A program made the position numbers and the translations under genes. Shown here in pieces: positions 28,598-40,082 of a stretch of 64,000 nt of DNA. Source of the stretch: Spirochaetia bacterium (lineage in GTDB: Bacteria; Spirochaetota; Spirochaetia; SZUA-6; Bin103); the NCBI GenBank assembly GCA_965203055.1, contig OZ241863.1, positions 192,001 to 256,000 of the forward strand, in the 5' to 3' direction. Within the stretch, counting starts at the first letter, position 1; the number at the start of each line of letters is the position of its first letter. Below the pieces are notes generated by a model. The model searched no databases. It saw only the letters and a list, made by a program, of their open reading frames with translations, and had not been told where the DNA came from.

Positions 28598-30232
28598 ATG
28601 AGAGAAGGGATCGTGGACCGGGAAGCGCGCCGGTTGGCGCTGCAGCGGGAGTTGGACGCCGGGAAGGACCAGGCGGAGCGGAACCGGATGGGGCAGTTCG
28701 CCACGCCACCGGCGCTGGCAGCGGACCTGCTCCGCTATGCGCACGAGCGTATCGGCAAATCGGGAGCCGTGCGATTCATCGATCCGGCTGTCGGCACCGG
28801 TTCGTTCTATTCGGCGTTGCGCGCCGTGTTCCCGCGCGGCCGTATCGAAGCTGCGGTCGGCTATGAAATCGACCGGCACTACGGAGCGCCGGCGGCGCGA
28901 CTCTGGAACGCGAGCGGTCTGGAAGTCCGCCTGGACGACTTTACGAGGGTCGATCCTCCGCAGGATGCGGAGCGGTTCGATCTGTTGATATGCAACCCGC
29001 CGTACGTCCGGCATCACCATATCCCGAACGCGGAGAAGCAGCGGCTCAAGGCGCAGGCGCGGCAAACAGGGAGCCTGGAGATCAACGGCCTTGCCGGGTT
29101 GTACTGCTACTTCATGGTGCTGAGTCACCCATGGATGGCGCAGGACGCGCTCGCCGGCTGGTTGGTCCCAAGCGAATTCATGGACGTGAACTACGGCTCG
29201 GTCATAAAGCGCTACCTGCTCGACACCGTGACGCTCCGGCACATTCATCGGTTCGATCCGAACGAGGTGCAGTTCGGCGATGCGCTGGTGTCGTCCGCGG
29301 TGGTCTGGTTCAGCAACCGGGCGCCGCACCCGGAACACGCCGTACGGTTCACCTTCGGAGGCTCCCTGGACCGGCCGCGCGTAGATCGTCTGGTGCCGGT
29401 CGCGGCCTTGCGCCGCGCTGCGAAGTGGACTCGGTTTCCGATGGAGGAGCACGAGACGCCGGTCGCTGGCCCGGTGCTCGGCGACTTCTTCGAGATACGG
29501 CGCGGGATAGCAACCGGCGGCAACCGGTTCTTCATCCTGCCGGCGGCGGAGATCGAACGGCGCGGCCTGCCGCCGGAGCTGTTTCGGCCGATCCTGCCGA
29601 GTCCGCGCTACCTTGCCGAAGACGAAGTGCCGGCGGACGACCAGGGGAACCCCCTGCTGGACCGGCGGCTCTTTCTGCTCGACTGCCGGTGGGGCGCGCA
29701 GGAAATCAGGGACCGGTATCCGCGGCTGTGGTCCTATCTCGAGGCGGGGAGAGCGCAAGGTATTACCGAAGGTCACATCTGCCGGCATCGAACGCCATGG
29801 TACGCGCAGGAGAAGCGGGCACCGGCGCCGCTCGTCTGTACCTATATCGGCCGCAGTGACAACCCGCGCCGGAAACCGTTTCGCTTCATCCTCAACCACT
29901 CGCGAGCGACCGCGGCAAACGTCTATCTCATGCTGTATCCGAAAGGACCGATCGCCGGCGTTCTGGAGGACGATCCTGCCGTGAAGCGGGCGGTCTGGGA
30001 GGCGTTGAACGCCATCCGGCCGCAGGCGCTGCTCGGCGAGGGCAGGGTGTACGGCGGCGGCCTCCACAAGCTGGAGCCGAAGGAGCTGGCCAACGTCCCC
30101 GTGCCGGCGCTGGCGACACTGCTGCCGGCCGCGATGCGGTCGCGGGAACCGCAACAAGGCGAGCTGTTCGGACTCCGGCCAGCGCGCGCGAGTTGGAAGA
30201 CAACGGGCGCGCGTGTACACGGGGGGCGCTAA
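28598..30232 (+). CDS. Type II N6-adenine DNA methyltransferase (gamma class)
   Basis: GQFATP, DPAVGTG, NPPY, GRVYGGGLHKLEPKEL. Confidence 0.92.
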   Translation: MREGIVDREARRLALQRELDAGKDQAERNRMGQFATPPALAADLLRYAHERIGKSGAVRFIDPAVGTGSFYSALRAVFPRGRIEAAVGYEIDRHYGAPAARLWNASGLEVRLDDFTRVDPPQDAERFDLLICNPPYVRHHHIPNAEKQRLKAQARQTGSLEINGLAGLYCYFMVLSHPWMAQDALAGWLVPSEFMDVNYGSVIKRYLLDTVTLRHIHRFDPNEVQFGDALVSSAVVWFSNRAPHPEHAVRFTFGGSLDRPRVDRLVPVAALRRAAKWTRFPMEEHETPVAGPVLGDFFEIRRGIATGGNRFFILPAAEIERRGLPPELFRPILPSPRYLAEDEVPADDQGNPLLDRRLFLLDCRWGAQEIRDRYPRLWSYLEAGRAQGITEGHICRHRTPWYAQEKRAPAPLVCTYIGRSDNPRRKPFRFILNHSRATAANVYLMLYPKGPIAGVLEDDPAVKRAVWEALNAIRPQALLGEGRVYGGGLHKLEPKELANVPVPALATLLPAAMRSREPQQGELFGLRPARASWKTTGARVHGGR

Positions 30233-30253
30233 CCGGTTACCCTGGGCGGCGAG

Positions 30254-31411
30254 ATGAGCGATACGACTCTGAGGGCCGGGGTGATCGGCGCCACCGGGCG
30301 CGGCAACTACGGCCACGGATTGGGAGATGCCTTTACCGCCCTCGCCCGCACCCCGGTAGTGGCGGTGGCGGACGCGGACCAGGCCGGGGGCGCCGCCGCG
30401 GCGCGCAGCTTCGGCACCGACACCCACTACCTCGACTTCCGGGAGATGCTGGCGCGGGAGCGCCTCGACGTGGTGGCGATCTGCCCGCGGTGGACCGATC
30501 AACGCCGGGACATGGTGGTGGCCGCGGCCGAAGCGGGCGTCAAGGGCATCTTCTGCGAGAAGCCGTTCGCCCCCACTCTGGCCGACGCCGACGCCATGCT
30601 GGACGCCTGCGACCGCCATGGCGCGCGCATGGTGGTGGCGCACCGGCGCGCCGCGGCGCATGAACAGCGCCTCAAGCAGATGGTCGATTCCGGGGAGATC
30701 GGCGAAATCCAGGTGCTGCGCGGACATGGCAAGGGCGATCACCGCGCCGGCTCCCTGGATCTGATCATCCTCGGCACCCACATCCTGGACGGCATGCGCT
30801 ACGTCGCGGGCAGTGACGTGGCATGGGCGCACGGCCACGTCACGCAGGATGGGCGCGCCATCACCAGGGAGGACATCAAAGAAGGCGACGAGGGCGTCGG
30901 GCTGTTGGCCGGCAACCGCGTCGCGGCCTACTACGTGTTCGAGAACGGCCTCACCGCCCACTACGAGTCGTTCCAGGGCTACCCCGCGGACCCGCACGAT
31001 CACAACCGCCACCTCGGCTTCGAGGTGTACGGCACCAAGGGCATCGTCTCGGTGCGCAACTCGCCCGGCGGCGAGCTGTACCTGCATCGCTACGACCTGT
31101 GGATCCCGGACAGCGGCGCCCGGCCATGGGAGCGGATTCACATTCCCGAATGGGAGCGGCAGGAGGACATCGCTCTGGCGAGCAACCTGATCATCGTCCG
31201 CGAGCTGCTGGCCGCCATCGACGAGGACCGCGACGTCCGGGAAGTCTCCTCGGGCGCCGATTCACGCGCCGCCATGGAAATGATCATGGCGGTGCACGAA
31301 TCCAACCGCCTTGGCACCCGGGTGCCCTTTCCCCTGGTAAATCGCGCCAACCCCTACGCCGTCTGGCTGGCCGAGGAGTCGGCCAAGCCGGCGCAACACT
31401 CGACGGCATGA
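30254..31411 (+). CDS. Gfo/Idh/MocA oxidoreductase
   Basis: GVIGATGRG.YGH, CEKP, GTHILD. Confidence 0.9.
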   Translation: MSDTTLRAGVIGATGRGNYGHGLGDAFTALARTPVVAVADADQAGGAAAARSFGTDTHYLDFREMLARERLDVVAICPRWTDQRRDMVVAAAEAGVKGIFCEKPFAPTLADADAMLDACDRHGARMVVAHRRAAAHEQRLKQMVDSGEIGEIQVLRGHGKGDHRAGSLDLIILGTHILDGMRYVAGSDVAWAHGHVTQDGRAITREDIKEGDEGVGLLAGNRVAAYYVFENGLTAHYESFQGYPADPHDHNRHLGFEVYGTKGIVSVRNSPGGELYLHRYDLWIPDSGARPWERIHIPEWERQEDIALASNLIIVRELLAAIDEDRDVREVSSGADSRAAMEMIMAVHESNRLGTRVPFPLVNRANPYAVWLAEESAKPAQHSTA

Positions 31412-31428
31412 GCCGCGGAGGACACCCC

Positions 31429-32952
31429 ATGGACACCGCCACCCAGTGGATTCGCCGAACGTGCGCGGCCGCGGCGCTCGCGGCCCTGCTCCTGGTCGCC
31501 GGCACCGGCGTTGCGGAGCCGGTGGAATTGACCATCGTCCACTTCAACGACCTGGACCGAATGGACGAGAGCGGCGGCCAGGGAGGGGTAGCCCGCCTGG
31601 CCGCGGTAATCGCCGCCGAACGGGCCGCCCGGAGCAACGTCCTGGTTACCTTTGCCGGCGACGCCATCTCGCCCTCCCTGCTGTCCGGCTTCGATCAGGG
31701 CGCGCACATGATCGAACTGCTCAATCGCCTCGACCTGACCGCAATGGCAATCGGCAATCACGAGTACGACTTCGGCCCCGAGGTCGCCAAGCAGCGTTTC
31801 GCCGAAGCGCAGTTCCCGATTCTGGGCGCCAACAACATCGACGCCGACGGCGAGATCATCGACGGCGCGCGCGCCTCGATGCTGGCGGCGGCCGGCCCCT
31901 ACCAGGTCGGCATCTTCGGTCTCACCACGCTCAGTACCGCGGTCAAGTCCAGTCCCGGCGCGGTCACCTTCCGGCCGGTCACGGAGGTGGCGGCCGAACA
32001 GAGCGCGGCGCTGCGCGAATCCGGCGCCGACCTGGTCATCGCGCTGGCGCACACCGACGCCGCCGAGGATCGGGCCTTGCTGGAGCAGGGCGCGGTGGAC
32101 CTGCTGCTCAGCGGCGACGATCACCGGTTGCGGGTGGACTTCAGCGGCGGCGTGCTGTTCGCGGAATCGGGCGAGCAGGCCGACTGGGTCACCGTCATCG
32201 ACCTGCTTCTCGACGAGACCGAGCAGCGTGGCGGCATGCGCTTCACCTGGAGCCCTGCCTTCCGCGTCATCAATACCGCCCGCGTCACGCCGGACCCGGC
32301 GCTGGCCGCGGCTGCCCAGGTCTATCTCGACCGGCTGGCGGCAGACCTCGACGTGGCGGTCGGAACCACCGCCACCGAGCTCGACAGTCGCCGCGCCACG
32401 ATCCGCGGGCGGGAGGCGGCGATCGGCAATCTGATCACGGACGCGGTGCGCGCGGCGACCGGCGCTGACGTGGCCATGACCAACGGCGGCGGGATCCGCG
32501 GCAACAAGGTATATCCGCCCGGCACGGTGCTGACCGGACGCGACGTACTGAGCGAACTGCCGTTCGGCAACAAGACGGTGGTGTTGGAGCTTACCGGGCG
32601 CGACCTCGCCGCCGCGCTGGAAAACGGCCTCAGCCGGATCGAGGAGGGAGACGGCCGCTTCCCGCATCTGTCCGGAATCGAGGTGCGGTACGACCCGCGC
32701 CGGCCCGCCGGCGAACGGGTGCTCGGCGTCAGCCGCGCGGGATCGGCGCTCGATCCTGACGCCACCTACACCCTCGCCACCAACGACTACATGGCAAACG
32801 GCGGCGACGGCTACGGCATGTTCGCCGACCGCAGGCGGCTGGTGGATGCCTATGCCGGAACGCTGATGACCACCCAGGTGATCGACTACCTCGCCGCGCG
32901 CGGTTCCGTCGCCCCGGTGGTGGACGGCCGGCTCCGGTCGGTTGCCGACTAG
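31429..32952 (+). CDS. Secreted 5'-nucleotidase / metallophosphoesterase
   Basis: Signal peptide; HFND, AGD, GNHEYD, NGGGIRG, LPFGN, GGDGY. Confidence 0.92.
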   Translation: MDTATQWIRRTCAAAALAALLLVAGTGVAEPVELTIVHFNDLDRMDESGGQGGVARLAAVIAAERAARSNVLVTFAGDAISPSLLSGFDQGAHMIELLNRLDLTAMAIGNHEYDFGPEVAKQRFAEAQFPILGANNIDADGEIIDGARASMLAAAGPYQVGIFGLTTLSTAVKSSPGAVTFRPVTEVAAEQSAALRESGADLVIALAHTDAAEDRALLEQGAVDLLLSGDDHRLRVDFSGGVLFAESGEQADWVTVIDLLLDETEQRGGMRFTWSPAFRVINTARVTPDPALAAAAQVYLDRLAADLDVAVGTTATELDSRRATIRGREAAIGNLITDAVRAATGADVAMTNGGGIRGNKVYPPGTVLTGRDVLSELPFGNKTVVLELTGRDLAAALENGLSRIEEGDGRFPHLSGIEVRYDPRRPAGERVLGVSRAGSALDPDATYTLATNDYMANGGDGYGMFADRRRLVDAYAGTLMTTQVIDYLAARGSVAPVVDGRLRSVAD

Positions 32953-32982
32953 CGCCCGGGGACTGAACGCCAGGCTGCGCCG

Positions 32983-34707
32983 ATGACCGAGCACAACCTG
33001 CTGGTCTTTCTGGTCCAGGTGCTGGTGCTGCTGGTGCTGGCCCGTAGCGCCGGCGAGCTGCTGCGCCACTTCGGGCAGGCGCCGATCGTCGGCGAGATTC
33101 TGGTCGGCGTGCTGCTCGGCCCGACGCTGCTGGGCCGGGCGCTGCCGGAGCTGCACGCCGCGCTGTTCCCGCCCGACACGGTGCAGCGCAGCATGCTGGA
33201 CGTCGTTTCCTGGTTCGGCGTCCTGTTCCTGCTCCTCGAAACCGGCTTGCACGTCGACGTCAGCGCCGCGTGGCGGGCGCGCGGTCCGGCGCTGCGCATC
33301 GGCATCATCGGGGTGCTGGTGCCGCTGCTGCTCGGCTCGGCGCTCTCCTTCCTGCTGCCCGACCGGGTCCTGGCAGACCCGGATCAGCGGCTCATCTTCG
33401 CGCTGTTCCTTGGCACCACCATGGCGATCAGCGCGATGGTGATCATCGCCCGCGTGCTGCACGACCTCGACCTGGTGAAGAGCGATCTGGGCTTGGTGAC
33501 GTTATGCGGCTACGCGGTGAACGACGTTCTGGCCTGGATGGTGTTCAGCGTGGTGCTGGGGATTGCCACCAGCGCGGCGGTCAATTTCGCGTCGATCGGC
33601 TTCCTGCTGTTGTTCACGCTGGTCTTTACGGTGTTCTCCCTGACCCTCGGCCTGCGCCTGGTCGACGCCGCGGTGTCACGCCTCGGTTCGCGCACGCACC
33701 AGCATCCGGGGGCGGTGCTCACCTTCGTGTGCTGCCTCGGGTTGGCGTGCGGGGCGCTGACTCAGTGGGTGGGATTGACGGCGCTGTTCGGGTTCTTCCT
33801 GGCCGGCATCATGGCCGGAGAAGCGCGCCACCTCACCGAACGCACCCGCGAAATCATCGGTCAGATGGTGCATTCCATCTTCGTCCCGCTCTACTTCGCC
33901 GGGCTCGCGCTGCACCTGGACTTCATCGCCAACTTCGACCTCGTGCTGGTGCTGTTCGTCACCGGCGTATCGATCGTGGCCAAGTTTCTGGGCGCCTGGC
34001 TGGGAGCCCTGGGCCGCGACATCTCGCCGCAGGACCGGGTGTCGATCGGCATCGCGTTTACGCCCAGCGGAGTCACCGGCATCGTGGTCGCCGGGGTGGC
34101 GCTGGAGTACCGCATCATTTCCACCCCGATCTTCGTCGCCATCGTCTGCTCGGCGGTCGCTTCGGCGCTGCTGGTGGCGCCCTGGCTGGGGTGGTCGATT
34201 CGGCGCCGGAAATCAATCGATCTGGCCCGGATTCTGGCGCGCGCCGCGATCCTGCCGGCGCTGCGCGCCGGCGACCGCTTCGCCGCCATCCGCGAGCTGT
34301 GCCGCGCCGCCGCCCCCGCCACGCGGCTGTCCGTTGCCGAGGTAACCGCCGCGGTCGATGCGCGCGAGCGGCTGATGGGCACCGCCATCGGCAAGGGCGT
34401 GGCCGTGCCGCACGCGCGCATCGAGGCGTTGCGCCGGCCGCTGGTGGCCTTCGGGCGGGCGCCGGCGGGGTTGGCGTGGGACGCGCCGGACGGCGAGCCG
34501 GTGAAATTCGTGTTCCTGGTACTGACGCCGGCGCGGCAGGAGGGCCTGCAACTGCAAATCCTCGCGGCGATCGGCCGTACCATGAGCGGCGACGGCGAGC
34601 AGGGGTTGGCCGGCGCGCCCGACGCCGCGGCCCTGTACCAGCGGCTGGCGGTCTCCCTGCGCCGTGACAGTCAGCCCGGTGGGGCGCCGGCAGCCGCGCG
34701 GGGTTGA
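32983..34707 (+). CDS. Cation:proton antiporter (CPA2) fused to a PTS EIIA-like domain
   Basis: GEILVGVLLGP and multiple TMs; RERLMGTAIGKGVAVPHAR. Confidence 0.88.
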   Translation: MTEHNLLVFLVQVLVLLVLARSAGELLRHFGQAPIVGEILVGVLLGPTLLGRALPELHAALFPPDTVQRSMLDVVSWFGVLFLLLETGLHVDVSAAWRARGPALRIGIIGVLVPLLLGSALSFLLPDRVLADPDQRLIFALFLGTTMAISAMVIIARVLHDLDLVKSDLGLVTLCGYAVNDVLAWMVFSVVLGIATSAAVNFASIGFLLLFTLVFTVFSLTLGLRLVDAAVSRLGSRTHQHPGAVLTFVCCLGLACGALTQWVGLTALFGFFLAGIMAGEARHLTERTREIIGQMVHSIFVPLYFAGLALHLDFIANFDLVLVLFVTGVSIVAKFLGAWLGALGRDISPQDRVSIGIAFTPSGVTGIVVAGVALEYRIISTPIFVAIVCSAVASALLVAPWLGWSIRRRKSIDLARILARAAILPALRAGDRFAAIRELCRAAAPATRLSVAEVTAAVDARERLMGTAIGKGVAVPHARIEALRRPLVAFGRAPAGLAWDAPDGEPVKFVFLVLTPARQEGLQLQILAAIGRTMSGDGEQGLAGAPDAAALYQRLAVSLRRDSQPGGAPAAARG

Positions 34708-34731
34708 CGCGCCTGCCGCGGGTGGCGTTAA

Positions 34732-34758
34732 GCTGCAGCCTGCACTGCAGGCTGCAGC
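34732..34758. promoter_or_regulatory. Perfect 27-bp palindrome, putative operator or hairpin
   Basis: GCTGCAGCCTGCA-C-TGCAGGCTGCAGC upstream of the SD of the zinc-ribbon gene. Confidence 0.5.
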
Positions 34759-34773
34759 GCACAGGAGGAGGAG

Positions 34774-35031
34774 ATGCCCGCTTACGACTATCATTGCGAG
34801 GCCAATGGCCGCACCGTCGAGGTGAGCCACGCCATGACGACCATGCTGCGCACCTGGGGCGAGTTGTGCGACGCCGCCGATCTGGAAATGGGTGACACGC
34901 CGTCCGAAACCCCGCTGCAGCGCGTGTTTTCGGCGCCGCTGCTCGGCGGCAGCGCCAGTGCCGATGCCGCCGACGGCCCGGCGCCGGCGCCCAACGTCCC
35001 CTGCCATCCCACCGGCTGCGCCTGCTGCTGA
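34774..35031 (+). CDS. FmdB-like zinc-ribbon small protein
   Basis: MPAYDYHC start, Cys-rich tail, AGGAGG SD. Confidence 0.75.
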   Translation: MPAYDYHCEANGRTVEVSHAMTTMLRTWGELCDAADLEMGDTPSETPLQRVFSAPLLGGSASADAADGPAPAPNVPCHPTGCACC

Positions 35032-35062
35032 ACCGTTCCGTTCCCTCCGCCCGGAACATGAC

Positions 35063-36049
<987 letters not shown>

Positions 36050-36128
36050 GAACTTCGGAGCGCCGCCGCGGACCGCCGCGGGAGCTTGCGTTGCACCGCG
36101 CGCGCCGCGGCGGTATGGTGGGGACGCC

Positions 36129-37178
36129 ATGAAGTTGCAGCCGTTTCGCGTGTCCAATGACGCGTTGGGCGACCCGGTGGAGTTGCGCCGCCGCTTCGCC
36201 GATGAAGGGTACCTGTTCCTGCGCAGGTTTCAGGATGCGGACAAGCTCCGGCATCTCCGCCGCGACATCCTGGAGGCGATCCGCGCGGCGAGCGACTGGA
36301 TCGTTCCAGGGAGCGACCCGGAAGAGGGGCGGGTTGACCCCGACAAGGCGTGCACCGAGGGCAACCGCGAGTACTCCGGGGTGTACACGCAGGTCCAGAA
36401 GCTGCGCTCGATGCACGCCTCCGGCCACTGGCCCGAGGTCACGGACCTCGTGGGCGAGATCGTCGCCGGCCCGGTGCTGCCCCACCCGATGAAGATCACC
36501 CGCCTGTGGTTCCCGCAGTACACCGCGCACACCACGCCGTTCCATCAGGACTTCGTGCACTTCCAGAGCAACCTGGAGGTGATCACCGTGTGGACCCCGG
36601 TCGGCGACTGCCCGCTGGAACTGGGGCCGCTGGCGGTGGTCGAGGGCTCCCACAAGGTGGGCAAAGTGGTGGATCATCACTTCTCGCTCGGCGCCGGCGG
36701 CCAGAAGGTGATCCGGCCCGAGGAGCGCGGCATCCCGCGCTGCAGCGACTTCGAGATCGGCGACACCCTGGTGTTCGGCTGCCTCATGGTGCACGGCGCC
36801 CTGCCCAACTTCACCGAGGACCGGCTGCGCGTCTCCCTCGACAACCGCTACCAGCTCGACGGCCTGTCGGTCTCGCAGAACCAGCTCAAGCCGCACCTCG
36901 TCGAAGACCTCACCTGGGAGATGGTGTATGAGGACTGGCCCGCCGCCGACCCCTTGAAGTACTACTGGGAGAAGTCGCAGTTCGAGGTGCTCGACCAGGA
37001 CACGCGGTTCGGCGAGCGCGCCTTCGCCGAGGCGCTGGAGCTCGCCGAGCAGGGCGACGAGCATGCGATCGTCGCCCTGCAGCGCACGGTCGCCAACAAC
37101 GCCGCCGGCGAGGGGGTGGACAAGGCGCAGCGGGTCCTGGAGAAGATCGGCCTGTTGGAGACCGCGCCCGGCGCGTGA
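36129..37178 (+). CDS. Phytanoyl-CoA dioxygenase (PhyH) family 2OG-Fe(II) oxygenase
   Basis: HQD, W.P.GD, GSH, H...N...R.S.D.RY. Confidence 0.88.
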   Translation: MKLQPFRVSNDALGDPVELRRRFADEGYLFLRRFQDADKLRHLRRDILEAIRAASDWIVPGSDPEEGRVDPDKACTEGNREYSGVYTQVQKLRSMHASGHWPEVTDLVGEIVAGPVLPHPMKITRLWFPQYTAHTTPFHQDFVHFQSNLEVITVWTPVGDCPLELGPLAVVEGSHKVGKVVDHHFSLGAGGQKVIRPEERGIPRCSDFEIGDTLVFGCLMVHGALPNFTEDRLRVSLDNRYQLDGLSVSQNQLKPHLVEDLTWEMVYEDWPAADPLKYYWEKSQFEVLDQDTRFGERAFAEALELAEQGDEHAIVALQRTVANNAAGEGVDKAQRVLEKIGLLETAPGA

Positions 37179-38725
37179 GCAGCTCGCCGCCGCGGCCCAA
37201 CATCCTCTGGATCTGCACCGACCAGCAGCGTTACGACACGCTTGGCGCGCAGGGCAACGGGTACGTCTCCACGCCGCGGCTCGACGCGCTGTGGCGTTCG
37301 GGTACCGCGTTTACCCACGCCTACTGCCAGAGTCCGATCTGCACGCCGAGCCGGGCCAGCTTCCTGACCGGCACTTACCCCAGTACCTGCCACAACACGC
37401 GCAACGGCAACGACCGCTTCGTGGACCGCTTCCCGCTCGTCACCAGGCTGCTGGCCGACGCCGGCTACGACTGCGGGTTGATCGGCAAGCTGCATCTGGC
37501 CAGCGCCTACGGGCGCATCGAACCGCGCACCGACGACGGCTACCGCTACTGGCGCTACAGCCACGCGCCGCGCGATGACTGGCCGGTGGGCCACGACTAC
37601 GCCGACTGGGTGCGCGAGCGCGGCGCGCTGCTCGCCGAGTTGACGCGCGATCCCGCCGGCGTGCCGGCGGAGCTGCACCAGACTACCTGGTGCGCGGAGC
37701 GCGCGATCCAGTTCATGCGCGAGCAGCGCGCGCCGGATACCCCCTGGCTGGCGTGCGTGAACATCTACGATCCCCATCCGCCGTTCAATCCGCCGCAGCG
37801 CTACCGCGACCGTTACGACCCGGCGGCCATGCCGGGACCGCTGTTCCGCGCCGGCGACCTGGCGCAGCAACGGCGGCTGGAAGCGGTGGACTTCCAGTCC
37901 CAGGGACGGGCGCCGCACGAGCTGGACATCGCCAGTCCGGTGCTGCCGCATCCCCCGGGGCGGGAGTCGCGCGCGCGAGCCGCCGGCAGGTTCGCCGCGC
38001 CGGGGCCGTCCGGCGCTCCGGCGGCGGCTGACCCGGCGCCGGACCAGGCGCCCGCGCCGGCCCACGCCGAGGCGCGTGACGCGCGCACCCTGCAGGCGGC
38101 CTACTACGCCATGATCGAGCTGATCGACGACCAGGTGGGACGCATGCTGGACGCCCTGCGCGACTGCGGTCAGGAACGGGACACGCTGGTGCTGTTCACC
38201 AGCGACCACGGCGAGATGCTCGGCGATCACGGACTGATCCAGAAGGGTTGCCGCTTCTACGAGGGACTGGTGCGGGTGCCCCTGATCCTGGCGTGGCCGG
38301 AGACCATCCGCAGCGGCCTGGTCAGCGACGCGCTGGTGGAGCTCACCGACCTCGCGCCAACCCTGCTGGACGCCGCCGGAGCGGCGCTGCCGGACTGGAT
38401 GCAAGGCCGCTCCCTGCTGCCGCTGGCCAGCGGCGCCGCCGACCCGCATCACCATCGCGACGCGGTGCGGTGCGAGTACTTCGATGCCATTGACGCGCCT
38501 GACGCCACCCGCGCGACCATGTACCGCGGGCGGCGCTACAAGCTGGTGGCGTACCACGGTCACGGGCTGGGAGAGCTGTACGATCTGGAGCAGGATCCCG
38601 GCGAGTTCGACAACCTGTGGGACGACCCCGCGCATGCCGCGCTCAAGGCGGACCTGCTGCTGGAGAGCTACGCCGCGTCGATGCGCGCCGTGGACGTGGG
38701 CACCCGCCGCATCGGACCGATGTAA
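37175..38725 (+). CDS. Sulfatase
   Basis: PNILWICTDQQR, CTPSRAS, GKLH, SDHGEMLGDHG. Confidence 0.93.
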   Translation: MSSSPPRPNILWICTDQQRYDTLGAQGNGYVSTPRLDALWRSGTAFTHAYCQSPICTPSRASFLTGTYPSTCHNTRNGNDRFVDRFPLVTRLLADAGYDCGLIGKLHLASAYGRIEPRTDDGYRYWRYSHAPRDDWPVGHDYADWVRERGALLAELTRDPAGVPAELHQTTWCAERAIQFMREQRAPDTPWLACVNIYDPHPPFNPPQRYRDRYDPAAMPGPLFRAGDLAQQRRLEAVDFQSQGRAPHELDIASPVLPHPPGRESRARAAGRFAAPGPSGAPAAADPAPDQAPAPAHAEARDARTLQAAYYAMIELIDDQVGRMLDALRDCGQERDTLVLFTSDHGEMLGDHGLIQKGCRFYEGLVRVPLILAWPETIRSGLVSDALVELTDLAPTLLDAAGAALPDWMQGRSLLPLASGAADPHHHRDAVRCEYFDAIDAPDATRATMYRGRRYKLVAYHGHGLGELYDLEQDPGEFDNLWDDPAHAALKADLLLESYAASMRAVDVGTRRIGPM

Positions 38726-38734
38726 CGGTTCTCC

Positions 38735-39964
38735 GTGATCCACGCTCCCGCCGCGGCGCGGTGGCGGATGCTGGCGCTGGGCTGGGCGGCGTACTTCGTG
38801 TTTGGCATTGCCGCCACCTCGTTGGCGCCGCTGGTGCCGCCGGTGATGCGCGACCTGGACCTGTCCGGCTCGCAGATGGGGCTGGTGCTCGGCGGCTGGC
38901 AACTGGTCTACGTATTCACCGCCGTGCCGCTGGGCAGCGCGGTCGATCGCCTGGGCGTGCGGCGCTCGGTGACGCTGGCGCTGGTGGTGATCATCGCGTC
39001 GCTGGCGTTGCGCGCCGCGGCCACCTCGTTCGGGATGCTGTTCGCGGCCGTGGCGCTGTTCGGCGTTGGCGGCCCGGTGGTATCGATCGGCGTGCCGAAG
39101 ATCGTGGCGGAGTGGTTTCCGCCGCGCGAGCGCGGGCGCGCCGCGGGTTTCTACACCACCGGCCCGACCATCGGCGGCGTCATGGTGCTGGCCACCGCCG
39201 CCGGCCTGCTGCTGCCCCTGGCCGGCTCGTGGCGCTTGGTGGTGTTGATCTTCGCCGCGGCCGGGGCGGCCGGTTTGCTGGCGTGGACCCTGGGCTACCG
39301 TGACGCGGCGGCGCCGGGCCGGGCGGCGGGTCCGCGCCGCTCTTCCCCGACACGGGCACCGGCGCGCCGGCGCTGGCTGGCGCTGCTGCGCGACCGCAAC
39401 ATGCGCCTGCTGCTGGTGCTGGCCGGCGGCTCGTTCCTGGTGAATCACGGGCTGAACGCCTGGCAGCCCACGTTGCTGCAAGAGGCCGGCTTCGACTTGG
39501 CCGCGGCCGGCAGGTGGACCGCCGCCGGCACCCTGTGCGGTCTGGTCACCGCCTTCATCGTGCCGGGGCTGACCCGCGCCGGCGCCCGCCGCGGCGCCCT
39601 GATCATGCTGCTCCTGGCCGCGGCGGCCGGCGTGCTCGGCATGGCGCTGCTGCGCGCCGGCCCGCTGGCCGCGGCGGCGGTGGCCGCCGCCATGGCGCGC
39701 GCGCCGATGCTGCCCCTGACCATGCTGCTGCTGATGGAGCAGCCCGGCGTCGGCGCCCGCCACCTTGGCATCGGAGCCGGCCTGCTGTTCGCCGCCGCGG
39801 AGATCGGCGGCTTCGGCGGCCCGGCCCTCCTCGGCGTGATGCGCGACCTGACCGGCGGACTGGCTCCCGGCATGCTGGGCCTGGCGGCAGTGTCCCTGCT
39901 GCTGACCGCCGCCGTCCGCCAAGTACGCGACCCCGCCCCCACTCCACCGGCCGCTGATCCTTGA
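38735..39964 (+). CDS. MFS transporter
   Basis: About 12 hydrophobic segments; G..VDRLG.RR; WFPPRERG. Confidence 0.88.
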   Translation: MIHAPAAARWRMLALGWAAYFVFGIAATSLAPLVPPVMRDLDLSGSQMGLVLGGWQLVYVFTAVPLGSAVDRLGVRRSVTLALVVIIASLALRAAATSFGMLFAAVALFGVGGPVVSIGVPKIVAEWFPPRERGRAAGFYTTGPTIGGVMVLATAAGLLLPLAGSWRLVVLIFAAAGAAGLLAWTLGYRDAAAPGRAAGPRRSSPTRAPARRRWLALLRDRNMRLLLVLAGGSFLVNHGLNAWQPTLLQEAGFDLAAAGRWTAAGTLCGLVTAFIVPGLTRAGARRGALIMLLLAAAAGVLGMALLRAGPLAAAAVAAAMARAPMLPLTMLLLMEQPGVGARHLGIGAGLLFAAAEIGGFGGPALLGVMRDLTGGLAPGMLGLAAVSLLLTAAVRQVRDPAPTPPAADP

Positions 39965-40082
39965 CGATGCGCCGATGGCGGAGTCAGCGCGGCGCAGCCT
40001 GCTCCAAGCCGCAGGCGGCTAGCGTCAGGCCGGTCTTGCTTCCCATCGGCCCAAGCCGTCTACAGCCGCCACACACATGCGC

